Below, one piece after another: positions 35,101-47,020 of a stretch of DNA of 64,000 nucleotides. Positions within the stretch are counted from its first letter, which is position 1, and each line of letters starts with the position of its first letter. Location: contig OZ176053.1 in NCBI GenBank assembly GCA_964247055.1, positions 11,594,001 through 11,658,000 on the forward strand. The letters are read 5' to 3'. The stretch is from Paragordius varius. Its lineage: Eukaryota > Animalia > Nematomorpha. The notes under the pieces were generated by a model. That model had not been told where the DNA came from. It did not search any database and worked only from the letters and a program-made list of their open reading frames with translations. The position numbers and the translations under genes were made by a program.

Positions 35101-38100
35101 ACCAAAAGCTTTTCCAAACTTTTTTTTAAATTAAATACTAAACCCTAATAATTATATTAAAATAATTTATATGATTTTCAAATTAGTTTGTCTGTGAAAA
35201 TTCTTGACTTATTTAAGGATTGAAAATTTTGACCATTTAAATCCAAATAACTTTTACATCCGATTCATTTAAATGACATACTACCATTTAAAAGATGCAG
35301 TTTTTTGCGCTCTTTCGATTGATATAAAATACATGGCTTCATATCAACTTCAAATTTTCGAAATTTCGAGTTTAATGTTAAATCGGGGCCAAAAATTATC
35401 GATAAACTCTAATATAAAAAAATTCTTCCATGTAAGAGCAATTTTCTTTTCGGATATACTAATTATGTACTTTAATGAAATAAATAATAAATTTACAAGA
35501 ATGGCAGTTAAAAAAAGTTAAAATTTGTTGTCTAGTGTAATTAAAGTTTTCTATATATGAATAACATGGGTCTTCCGGATAAAATTTATCAGTACTATAT
35601 GATCGGTTTAAAACTGCAATTAAAATTTTATTGTGCTAAAAAATAACTAATAAAAGCTCCTATTTCTTTGTTTTTTTTATGTTATTTTGCCTAATTTTAT
35701 GAAAAGTAAGACACATGGGAAAAATGAGACTAAAATTTCGAAAAATGATAAATTAGTTTTTTTTAACATAAACATGTATTTTTGAATAACGAGTCAATAA
35801 ATAAACATCACGGGAATTAATCAATTCTTCCATAAGAAATTAAATTTATACCGACTATATATTTAAATACGTTCAATAAAATCTAGTTATATTCCTAAAA
35901 AATACATTAACCTACCACTAAATTTTATTTTACTCAAATCTTAATTTTAAGAAATATCATTATTGACTGGGACCCACTCTATATGTATATTTTTCAAATT
36001 TAGAATGATTCCCTTGAATCCAAAGACTCTATCCATCCAAATTTAGATAAAATTAACAACAATATTCCAAATATTTTTGATGATTTTACGATCAAAGAAA
36101 CAATTGTAGACGTTTCTGATGTCAGGAGAGGTGATATAGTTAAAGTTTTGCCTGGCCAAAAAATTCCCGTGGATGGTATTGTAGTTTCGTTACAGTCTTG
36201 TTTTAAGGAAAAATGTGAAAACGCTTTTGGTAAATATTTATATTTAGTTGTTTTATTTTTAACCAATCTATTATCTTAATTATTTTATATAATACTAAAT
36301 GTCGGTTATAATGTTTTGTAAATTGTATATATATAGCGACTGTTTAATTATTTATTTATATAATCAAAAATTATTTAGAATATTGGGCAAAGCAAGCACT
36401 AATTAAATTATTACCTTAACCCATTTACATTTTAACCTTATCGAATTATTGATTTATATATCTTGAATCCGATATTTTTGTATTATTCACCAAAGTATAC
36501 ACCCCATTACACTATTATTTGATATCTTACAATATTTAACGTTTTTATTTTGTTTTAATTTGGTAATAGCTTTTCTTTATTGCGTTAAATTTCATATTTT
36601 CCTATTATTTTCTGTGCAATACAATCAAATTATATACATAATATGGTAAATATATAGATGCAAAATCAACAAACTTTCTTCCCAGAGCACAGCCGTCTTT
36701 TTCGAATGTGCCTTTGGTTTCTAATCATACGGATGAAAGAACACATCAATATTATTCCTATGTTGACGAATCCCTTTTAACGGGCGAGCCTTTACCTGTG
36801 TTAAAAACAGAAGGTTTGTTCCTGACATAAATGTTTCTCAAATATTATACTTACGTATTTTTTATTTATAAATATTAAATATCCGGTATTCTACGGTATA
36901 TAAGCTTAAATATTAATTAAAATTTTGCGCTTACTATATTACTGTCGCTATTTCAATTTGTTAAATTTATTTTTCATTTTTTAACTCCTAGTGGTGGCAT
37001 TCTTTTATATTCTCTTGGTATTTATGCAATACAGTCCGTTTCGATGTATAAAAATATTATAAAAATAATTTTACACATCTTTAATTTAAAGGCTAAAATA
37101 TTTTTTAAAGATGTTTATATTGTTTTTATTTTGCAATCATGTTTTAATAATAACCTATAAAATATAGGTTCTACTGTAATTGGTGGTTCAATGAATCAAC
37201 ATGGTGTATTATACGTCAGAGCCACAAAAATTGGGGAAGAAACCGCCCTTGCACAAATTGTTAAGCTTGTCGAAGACGCACAAATGTCCAAGGTTATTTT
37301 ATTTCTTTATATAATTTCATTTCAGAATTATTAATGTTCACGGTATTGAAATAGCTTAATAATGAATTATATATATACCCTTTATAAAAATCTGTTTTTC
37401 AGTGGAAATATATATTCCAAAAATGTTTTTTTGTCAGTAACAAAGTGTTTTTTGCGCACCATAAAAAGAACCTTCAGATTTTTATATTTTAAAAACTAAC
37501 AAACAAAGTTAGTTTTGAATAAGTCAAAGTCATTTAAAATGTTTGAAAATAATTAATATTTTACCGTAAGGGCTCAGAAATTTTCCCAAAATAATTTTAA
37601 GTTAAAAAAACATCAAGTTTTTGCTAGATAAATATACTTTTAAATGTTAAAAACTTTAATTATTGTGTCATTTCATAATTTAATTCCAATCTCCGGAAAA
37701 TTTTATTTCACACAGGCTCCAATCCAAAAATTTGCAGACCGAGTCGCTGGAGTTTTTGTACCTTTTGTCATTACAGTGTCAGGTTTAACATTAACTGGTT
37801 GGTTCATATTTGGCATGATGGAAGCTGTAAATGTTGGATTTTCCGTAGCAAGCTTCTTTTCTGGACTAGAACAGGCCTTTAGGTATGTTGTAGTAGTTTA
37901 TTGAGTTATTTTGGCTTTTATAATTTATGTTTTTGCCGCGAACTATTAATTTGGTGTCTCTTTTATAGTTTAGTCCGAAATTGTTATTTTTTCCATTTGT
38001 GTATTTAACTATGACGATAATTTAACCCTTTTGAAACGGATCACCCATAGTTAGCGGAAAAGATAAAAAAAAGTTAATTTTTTATAATATAGTTTAAAAC

Positions 38101-41100
38101 AAATATATTGTTCAATATATGCATAATATATTTATTTTTATATTCGGCCATGAAACTAAATTTGAAATAAACCTTCACTAACAGCCATAATTCACATTAA
38201 TATGAAAAACTATTAACCTTCATATTTTTACATAAAAAAATTCTTTTCCTTATATAAAAAATATAGATATGCAATAACCGTCTTAGCCATTTCATGTCCC
38301 TGTTCATTGGGCTTGGCTACCCCGACAGCTGTTATGGTAGGAACTGGGGTTGGTGCCAAGAATGGCATTCTTTTCAAGGGCGGAGGCGAGACTTTGGAAA
38401 AGTTCAAGGATATTGGTATTGCTTTGTGTGACAAAACGGGAACATTGACATACGGTAAGTTAAATTTGGTAATTTTGGATTTAGTAAATTTGCTTTTTTT
38501 ATTTATGCAATATTTATTCTACATTTCAATGTAAATTACATTGACGTAGGCTAACTTTTAAATTTGACATCTTTATATATTGATATATTTAAATTTAATA
38601 AAAAGAGTCGTTTAAAGATTTTGTTTTCATCAAACATATCAAACATTATAGCAAAGAACACTATCCTGCATAAAATTTACAAAAATCCTATTTAAATAAT
38701 TTTTGTCATTTATTGCATCAAAATACTATTTTTAATTTCATTTATTTATTAACGGTTGATTATATGTGGATTATAAAATATATATTGTTAAACTAATTTA
38801 ATTTTTGGTGTTTAAAATAATACCCAAAACCCACGCCTCTAGATTTAGCCTGTTATAGTATTCACACAAAAATCTTTTAGCAATATAAATAAATCGCACC
38901 GATTTTTTGATCATATGTGTAAAAAGTTTTTTATGTTCACGTAAATAAAGGTAAACCTATGGTCTGCAAAATTATCAAATTTGTATCAGATGAAATTATA
39001 TCTTTGCAAAATATGCTATTATTCGTGGGCGTTGCGGAAACTGCTTCCGAACACCCGATAGCTTCTGCAGTGATTGAATACGTGGAAAAAGTTTTTTTTT
39101 TATTTTTACTACTTTCTTGCTCTTAAACAATGGATTGATAAACCTTTATAATGTTATTTAAGTTAAAAAATCTAGTATCCCATAAAAATTTACATATAAA
39201 TTTTAATAACATTAATATATTACATTTTTTAAAAGTTATAAGGCAGAATTATTATACATTGTACAATGTAATTAATGATATGTAAACATCTATAAACATA
39301 AATTGAGTTAAGATTTATATTATATTAAATTATATTTACATTAAAATTAAATTAATAAGACAAAACTAGCCATTTTAAAATATACATTAAACACTATCAA
39401 TTAACACTTTTCTAATGTTTTTGCCACCCTAAATACAAAATAGGTTTTGTTAATAAGATTTAAAATTTGGTCATCTAAATTTTTCCTTGTAATTAGACGT
39501 TTCAAATTAAATCACTCCGAGATTGGACCAATAATTCAGCTGTCATTGAAAACTTTAGTGCCATCCCTGGTTATGGACTTAAGTGTCGCATTCAATTGCG
39601 ACACGCTACAAATAATTTTTTAATTCCAAACAAAAATGAAACTTTGTCATTTAGTCCTCCCCTTATAAATATTTTTAATGATACGACGATGGAAACGAAT
39701 TTTATGCAAATTCCGAATACTTCTTTAAAAAACGAATTTAAAAATCAACATATAGTGAGGGATAATGTTGTAAAAGATGTGATATACAGTGTTGATGATA
39801 ATCCAAAACCTCCCAATACACTTAGTAATATTTTAAATATCTTTTTTGTTTTTCAATATACTGTTTTTAAAAGCCTTTTAGGATTTTGAAATTAAATAGT
39901 CATTAAAAATTATAAATAAAGGGAAATTTTTGCTAATTTTACATTCCATATATATTAAAATCCTGTTTAATAATATATTATCAAATCAAGTTTATTACAA
40001 ATTGTGTGTGTGTGTGTGTGTGTGAAATAGATTAGGGGACATCACGACTGTTGGAAACTAAATTAATATTTAATCACTAACTTCCTATAATATATTTTTT
40101 GTAAAAAATATGTATTGATTAAGGCATCAATGAAACTATCAATAATTTTCAAGCTGTTTTGATCGGTAATCATGATTGGATTGAACAAAATGGTATAACG
40201 ATTCCAAATCAATATGAAACCTTAATACGATCAAGACAAGAGAATGGCGAAACGCTTATTTTTATGGCACTAAATGGTATAAATAAAACTTTTTTATTTG
40301 AAACAATTAATTATCACTCTATTCTGGTTAACCAAAAAAGTGGTAATTTGCCCTCATTGATATATATTTTCTCCAATTTTAATGTTTCTACAGTTAATTA
40401 TGATCAGGTTGCTTTTTTGGCAGTATTCACTTTTATGTTCTTCAAGCGAAATAGCTAACGAATCAGACAATCTTTTGATTAATGTTCAACCTAATTACAT
40501 ATTTTTTGTTTAGCTAAATGGCCTCCTTACCATTTGGGTGAAAAAAATTATAATAATCCAGGCGATTAATCTGTTAAAGTATAATATTGATATGTGTAAA
40601 TTCGGTTGTTTTTGGTATCTTTAATTTTCCCATTATTGTCTTGGCAAGGATCATTCTAATTCAAATAATTTATTTATTTTCGTTGGCTTGACTAGCATAT
40701 GATATCAGAATAGTACATTGGCAATTTTGTTCCTTTCTTTTGTTTGAGTCTGAGATCTCTTAATGTTCCATTAGGTAACTTTTTGTTAGAGATCTTGCTT
40801 GCTGTTATTCTATCCTTTAGATTGAATTTGTTGATTATATCAATAATTGTATGCCAAGTAGGCAGCAATGTGTACCAGATTTCCATATAAAGTTTTCATT
40901 ACTTAAAATTTCATTTATTAGTGAACAGTTTGTATGGACTCACTCTTCGCATTCATTACTTTTAATATACTCGATGCTCAAATCCTATATGACATAATTG
41001 ATCATGTCTTTAACTGATTTACTTTCCGAATAATTTATTGAATGGCTAAATATATTACATCAATACACTACTGATTCAGTAACACTATTCTCATTCAGTT

Positions 41101-43705
41101 AGTATTAAGCTTTACAAGATTTCATTCTCATTCTTTTTTAATAACAACAAAACAGATATTATTATGGGGTATTTTAAAAAAAGTTTGGCATTAAATTAAT
41201 TGGAAACAAAGCAACAGCCTTAACCTAGGTTCGTAGCTGAAAATTGAAATTTTATACTACAAATGTGTTAAACTGAATCTCATTATATTTAATAAATGCC
41301 TGCTCTGGGTGCACGGAAAATGCTTACCACGAAAAATTAAGTTTAAACTGATGAGTGTAATTAAATAGTTATTAATCAACCTAAGAATACCAGCTACACA
41401 ATAATAAATTTGGCCCTTTTAGTCTTTATATAATTTTAATTAGTAATTAATAAACAATAAATTCGGATAACATATTACATTTTGTATACGATAAAATTAA
41501 TGACATACAAAATTAAATAACAGATGCATATTTTAACTAGTTAAGTTAAACCCTTCTCTTAATTCATTCATTTATAGATCGATTGATTTGTGCAGTAAGT
41601 GTATCGGATCAAATTAAAAAAGAGGCGACCCTGGCTATTTATGCACTCCGTAAATTAGCCGGTCTTGATGTCATGTTAATTACCGGGGATAATCGTGTAA
41701 CGGCAAACGCTGTAGCTAAACGGTTAGGTATCAAGGGTGTTCTTTCCCAAGTCCTACCCTCCAACAAAGCTAAAATGGTCAAAACTCTCCAGGAAACTTA
41801 TAGGGCGGAGAAACGACTTTCTAGTATGTGTATAAAAATTATTTTGTTTTTTTAAATAAATTTAATAATTTGATTATGCTATACTTTTAAATAGATTCTA
41901 GAACCAAAAATTATAGTTACCTATCACGCGGTGTAAGGTACCTCCGTAAAATTGGAATGACATTTTGCTCAATCATACGTTGTCGGAGTAAAGGAACGCA
42001 GGTATGATTGTGAAAAATTCTACTAATATAGAAAAAAATAATTTGTGAAAACGACATAATTTTGATATTTATTTAATTTCCGATTAATTATTTTCATTGA
42101 ACAAACAATTGTAGACAAAAAAAGTTATGATGATAGGAGATGGTATAAATGATTCTCCTGCCCTTGCTCAAGCTGATATTGGAGTTGCTATTGCTAGTGG
42201 TATAAATTATCATAATAAAATAAAAATTTTATTGTATATTATAAAAATATCCAATTTAATTATTATTCATATTTTGCATTTGATTTAATTTTTTCTAAAT
42301 ATTATCTAATTAATTTATATATATATGATGAAACTTAAATTATTGGTTAACTTTCCAAAGATATTAAATATATATATATAATAAGATTTCTTATAAAAGC
42401 GCGCCATGTTAAACCTTCATATATACTATTATAAATCCATAATTATCTGCATTATTCTATTGTGAAATACATATATGTTTATCTATGTGTTGGTTATTTG
42501 TGTTAAAAAATTTTCAACAGGCACAGATATTGCTATCGAAGCCGCAGATGTTGTCCTTATGAAAAATGATTTATTGGACGTTTATTCGGCTTACATGTTA
42601 TCACAAACTGTCGTTTCCCGCATAAGGCTAAACTTTTTCTTTGCTTCAATATATAACCTCCTGGCCATTCCCATTGCATCGGGTATTACTTATAATTTTC
42701 GATATTTATATATAATATATTTTAGTATGAAATTTTTTGTAAAAAAAAAAATTTTGTCTTGTATATAAAGTATGGGTTTTAACTTTGATTATTGCAGTTT
42801 GTCGCTCAAATTATTACTTAAATTGTTTAGAAAATCTTATTTTTTTATTTATCCATAGTGTTTAATTATTTGTATTAAAAAAATATTTCTGAGAATTTAA
42901 ATTATCACAAAATTTTATGTATTGTTGTTTAAAACCATCATATGGTAAATTTAATGTACCATTAAAAAAATCAATTTAAATTCGACTCATATTAAACTTA
43001 ATTAAAATTTTTACTTTCTAAAAAAGTCAAAAAGTAATACAGTAGTATTTGTATAAACTTGTATAATTCGTTGAATATCTGTGCATGCATATGTTGCGAT
43101 CCAAAGACCCATTTTATTTTAACTTCGAAATTCGGAAAGTGTATGATGATCAGCATTAGCTAATTATTTATAGGCGTTGCTTATATATATAAAAAAGTGC
43201 TCATTATAATTGACACTTAATTAATTTACATGCGTTAGGTATGTTCACACCCATATTACAAATAGCTATTGCCCCATGGATGGGCGCTGCAGCCATGGCC
43301 ATTTCATCGGTTTCCGTCGTTTGTTCTTCACTTCTCCTCAAATTTTGGCGAAAACCAAATGCACACAACCTTGAAAACACATTAAGCTACCAACGTTACC
43401 TTAGAAATTTACAAAACACATATCATCTTGAAAACGAGCAACATTCTTTCAACACTGGAAAAATGTTGGATTCAACACTTTTTTCTGATAAAAATGGTAT
43501 CTCTTACGCTAAAGATAATGTATTGCTATCTTTGCCTACAACTCCTATGAGTTCTCACAATAAGGATAAAAGCAATATCGGTTATTATGTCAGTGAAAAT
43601 TCTACATCCGCTCCTGAATTTTATGAAATTGATTTAAGCAATGAATCATCCAAAGTACCTCTAAACACTGGGAAAGGAAAAAATTTGTCCTTTATAAAGG
43701 GGTAA
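29194..43705 (+). CDS. ATP7: P1B-1 copper-transporting P-type ATPase (ATP7A/ATP7B family), ~1226 aa
   Basis: Exons: 29194-29281, 29306-29661, 29761-29799, 29826-29893, 30090-30312, 33733-33902, 34136-34322, 36004-36229, 36658-36813, 37168-37292, 37716-37882, 38267-38454, 38951-39090, 39497-39824, 40124-40276, 41578-41823, 41895-42001, 42115-42199, 42521-42682, 43239-43705; total 3681 nt, all GT-AG, phases consistent. Motifs: 2x GMTCx[57 protein letters not shown]. An alternative join 36188/36686 is also phase-compatible, and the 3' end may be spliced further. Confidence 0.96.
29282..29305 (+). other. 24-nt intron (ATP7 intron 1), in frame and stop-free
   Basis: GTTTTGGTTTTATCATAATTTTAG; phase 1; removal gives LKKLNG|IKSVKISL, the usual HMA spacing. 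Confidence 0.75.
29800..29825 (+). other. 26-nt intron (ATP7 intron 3)
   Basis: GTATGGATAACTTTATTAAATTATAG. The phase-0 donor at 29799 cannot join the phase-2 acceptor at 30090 unless the 68-nt exon 29826-29893 is used. Confidence 0.78.
30516..32305 (+). mobile_element. CACT-ended non-autonomous element, copy A (ATP7 intron 5), interrupted by an RTE
   Basis: Collinear with 34427-35537 (e.g. TAACAGTAAATCTGAA, CTCTTTATCAAAAT, CGCGAAGCG). Right end degenerate. Confidence 0.75.
31399..32167 (-). mobile_element. 5'-truncated RTE fragment with a 13-bp target-site duplication
   Basis: Flanks TTTGATGTTAAAT (31386-31398) and TTTAATGTTAAAT (32168-32180). Minus-strand pieces [13 protein letters not shown] and LVLKYGSET. 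Confidence 0.75.
32410..33575. repeat. ~1.2-kb foldback element with long degenerate arms and ~20-nt subterminal tandem repeats
   Basis: TTTTGCCCATAAATTGCAT (~32696) versus ATGCAATTTATGGGCAAA (~33315); ACAATTTGCACTTCAAGAGT (~32772) versus ACTCTTGAAGCGCAAATTGT (~33250); CAACATTTTTWCAACC repeated at 32440-32530. Confidence 0.78.
34427..35537 (+). mobile_element. CACTA (CMC/EnSpm-type) non-autonomous element, copy B (ATP7 intron 7)
   Basis: 17-bp perfect TIR CACTAGACAACAAATTT / AAATTTGTTGTCTAGTG, with a 3-bp TSD TAA on both sides. Confidence 0.85.
40003..40024. repeat. (TG)11 microsatellite
   Basis: Direct reading; lies in ATP7 intron 14. Confidence 0.95.
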
Positions 43706-45179
43706 AATTAATTTTTATGGTTTTTTTCATCGATAAATTGTTCATAGTAATAGTATTTTTTGTTATGAAAAGATATACTTTGATATACTTGACATTTTTT
43801 AGAATATATCATCCATCAAGAATTTGTAAATTCATTAGAGAGACTTTAATTTTAGCGGCAATGAATTAAAATATAAGTTAAAATAAAATATTATTTTTGC
43901 CGTTAGATCATCCAAAAAGCCTAATCAACGATATCTACATCACATATTAGCAAAGAAACCCTTTACATCCGGCGGAATTCGTATTTTATAATTTTTATAC
44001 TTATAAAGCTATATGTGCCAAATAACGTTAATACAATTTTTGTTTTAAATATTATTCGTACCAGGATCTCATGGCATAAATTTTAAATTAACTGAGGCCA
44101 TAATTTTACGCATATTTTGATTTTTATATACTAATTTACTCATTCATTGGGAATTTTTCAGCTAAAAACATTTTTCCCAGATTTTTTCTACTAAAATATT
44201 TAAAACGCAGTAAACCATAGCAATAACATTGTATAAACTTTTCACAAAAAAACGATGTTTTAGTTTTCATATTTGTATATATATAGAAAATGGAAAAGCA
44301 AACGCCCTAACAACTTACTCGAAAAGTATAATGGGCTCCGCTCTAACCCTAATGACTTATTTTGATAATTTAACCTCCCCTCATTTTTTGAGAGATCGCA
44401 ACAATAATAGTAATTGTTATGAACGGTTAACTCTTTCAGATTCGGATAGTGCCAATAATGAATCTTACGATTCCGATATTTAACAAATCTTATTATGCCA
44501 TACATATCAAAATTTTTAATTCTAAGATTAGTTGAAATCTCAAACATTCTTCTTTTTATTTACTATACTAGTGGGCATTATTTTTCTAGTATATATAATG
44601 ATATAAATATTTTATGTAATCTAAATGATATAATAGGAATAAATCAATTTTATTGAATTAAAGTGTTAGCGTGTTGGATTAGAAATACAAATAAGGATGG
44701 TTAACTTTAGCAACCAAATATTTGAATTACACGCGTTAAGTTATGTTTTTGTATCGCTTTAAATTAAAACTATGTAGGCGGTATTGATCAAACTTAAAAA
44801 ATGGTTATGGTTTGACAATTTTTTTTTTCAAAATATTTTTTTATAACGACATTTTAGCCCTGTGAACAATTATATAGAGTTAGCAGATTACTAGTAGTTA
44901 TAAAATTAAATAAACTTTTAAAAGTAAAGATAATTAATTTATAAATTTTTATCCCTATTATTTAATATACTGCGCACTGGGGTATATATCCCATATAATA
45001 TATATGTTCTGATAAATAAATGTCTCACTTGTTGTTGTGATGTACTTATGTCGCGATTTTAACGAACTCTATAACATTGAAAATATATTTTCTCCACTCA
45101 TTGCTTATACCAAATCTATTGATTATTTCGGCTAATATTGGTTTGTTTTTTGAAAATTTTATCCATCCAGCCAATTATA

Positions 45180-45480
45180 CTTCGTCCTCTTTTACGGGTA
45201 CCTTTCACTCACAGCATCAGTGAATGACTTTTCGAGTGAGTTGGTTCTCATAATGTGACCTAAGTAAGAGAGTTTTTGGTGTATTAGGCTGCCAAGTAGG
45301 GATATTTTGGGATTCATCTTGTTTAAGATATGGTATTTTGTCTGACTAGTTTGTTTAAAGAAGTGTCCTGCCTGCATATATATTTTCAAGGAATTTATTA
45401 TTCATCATATTTTTTCAATGTCCACCAGCTTTCCTCACCTATAAGAATGTGGGGAAGTACACTGTGTTGTATTAATTGTT
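45180..45480 (-). mobile_element. RTE 3' fragment
   Basis: Track ORF 45192-45389 contains QKLSYLGHIMRTNSLEK, like the 3' end of the RTE at 48.2-48.7 kb. Confidence 0.75.
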
Positions 45481-46239
45481 CCACATCGATTGCAATATTT
45501 GCACATACTTTGATAAATTAAATTTGTGAAGGCTAAATGCTTCATTCTTAAAAAAGCTAATTGTTGATATGAATTTTTTTTCAATAAAATAGACAAGTAA
45601 AAACTGTCTCAATCTTTCTAATTTTACATCTGTATTAACTATGTCACCATCAATCCTTCAACTAAACTAAATGCGGCGCGAAACTTTTTTCGATTTGATA
45701 GACTATCTTGAGACCATTGTATATGCAGTTCTATAAACCCGGACTAATTGATTATACAAAAAAAGAAGAATTTAAAAAAGAAATATGTTTGTAAAAAGAA
45801 TTGATTGCGTAAAAATACATAATTTTTTATAACTTTTAAAGTTCTTAACTAAAATTCTCCAAATTTTACATGATATCAATAAATTAATTAAAAATAATAA
45901 TAATAATTTCTGTTTTGCTCTCTGTTTATTTGTTTAGCTATAAAGATAATTTAAAAATTAAGGCGTCAAAATTGGCCAAAACTGATTCATTCTCAATATT
46001 TTCGTAATAATGGCTTTAGAATTTTAAATTAAATCAATTATGTAAATTAGCCTGATTATATATTATTAAGGTGACCAGATTTTTTGAAGGAAAAAGCGGG
46101 ACAAATCTGAGAAAGGGAAGGGGGGTCGTTGGGGGGTACAACCAAAAATTTTTATACAAAAAATTTATTGTAATATTTATTTATTTTTAACACAAATACA
46201 TTAAAAATATAAAAAAAATTGTACCTCACTGGTTGTTTG

Positions 46240-47020
46240 TACGCTATTCAATAAATTTAGATGTGCACGAACAGAGGGTGAAGTGATTGTAATATTCTAG
46301 AAAAAAATAACAAGGACGAAATCATCACAAAGTTCGCTGGGTGATGCAAGAAGCGGCACAAAAAATATTTTTAACAATTTAGCGAATAATCTTAATCAAA
46401 ACATTATTGCCAGATACACAACGCTATTCAAACAGTACATATTTGTTACCCCTATAGATGTTAAAAGGCTTGAATATTGTAGAACTGTTGGGTAGCTCTT
46501 TTGCCAGCGATTGAAATATTTATAAATTGTGATCTTCTAGAATCCTATTTTTTATCAAAGGACAAAGGTCAAAATTCCAAGTCAAAAAAGGTTAGAAAAT
46601 AATTTTATACCAATACCTAATCGCAATATTATAAAGCATCCAGAAAAACAAAGCTCAATGAATAGCCAGAATAAAAAAAATGTTTAATTCAAACAAAAAC
46701 GATTATTTGGAAGACAAGACGGTGCACAATGACACTTTTTTATGTCTCGTATTAAATAAATAATTGAATGAAAACTTATATTATGGACAACCGAAAAAAA
46801 TACGTAGGATAGAAATGGTTAAAATAATTTTTAAACAAATTATGTTCCATACAATAATAAATTGTAGAATTTGCATTATCTTTACTGAAACACTGCTATT
46901 GAACGCGTTTCACAGTAAATTAAGTAAGGACACGGAATCAAATTTAAATTTTGAATAAAAGCCATTTTATGTGTTCAAATATAATTAGACAAATTATGAA
47001 GACTTATACAATATTTTAAG
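46240..47020 (+). mobile_element. Internally deleted, oppositely oriented copy of the same hAT transposase inside copy 2
   Basis: TATTCAATAAATTTAGATGTGCACGAAC (~46243), ATAATCTTAATCAAAACATTATTG (~46386), ATGTTCCATACAATAATA (~46842) and ATCAAATTTAAAT (~46937) match 15857, 16227, 17049 and 17158 of copy 1, in the same order and on the same strand. Confidence 0.8.

Noticed and set aside
34043-38434. Minus-strand ORFs 34043-34303, 36000-36266 and 38228-38434 (also 33614-33850)
   Set aside because: Antisense shadows of ATP7 exons.
40692-40886. Minus-strand 64-aa ORF in ATP7 intron 15
   Set aside because: No recognisable motif; possibly a very old LINE scrap, but it cannot be supported.
5770-43705. 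Non-standard genetic code (TAA/TAG or TGA reassigned) as an alternative to mini-introns
   Set aside because: The 22-, 23- and 26-nt introns shift frame regardless of code. The 32 modelled exons contain no internal stops, Trp is TGG in them, and SAMM50 ends in TGA right after its beta-signal.
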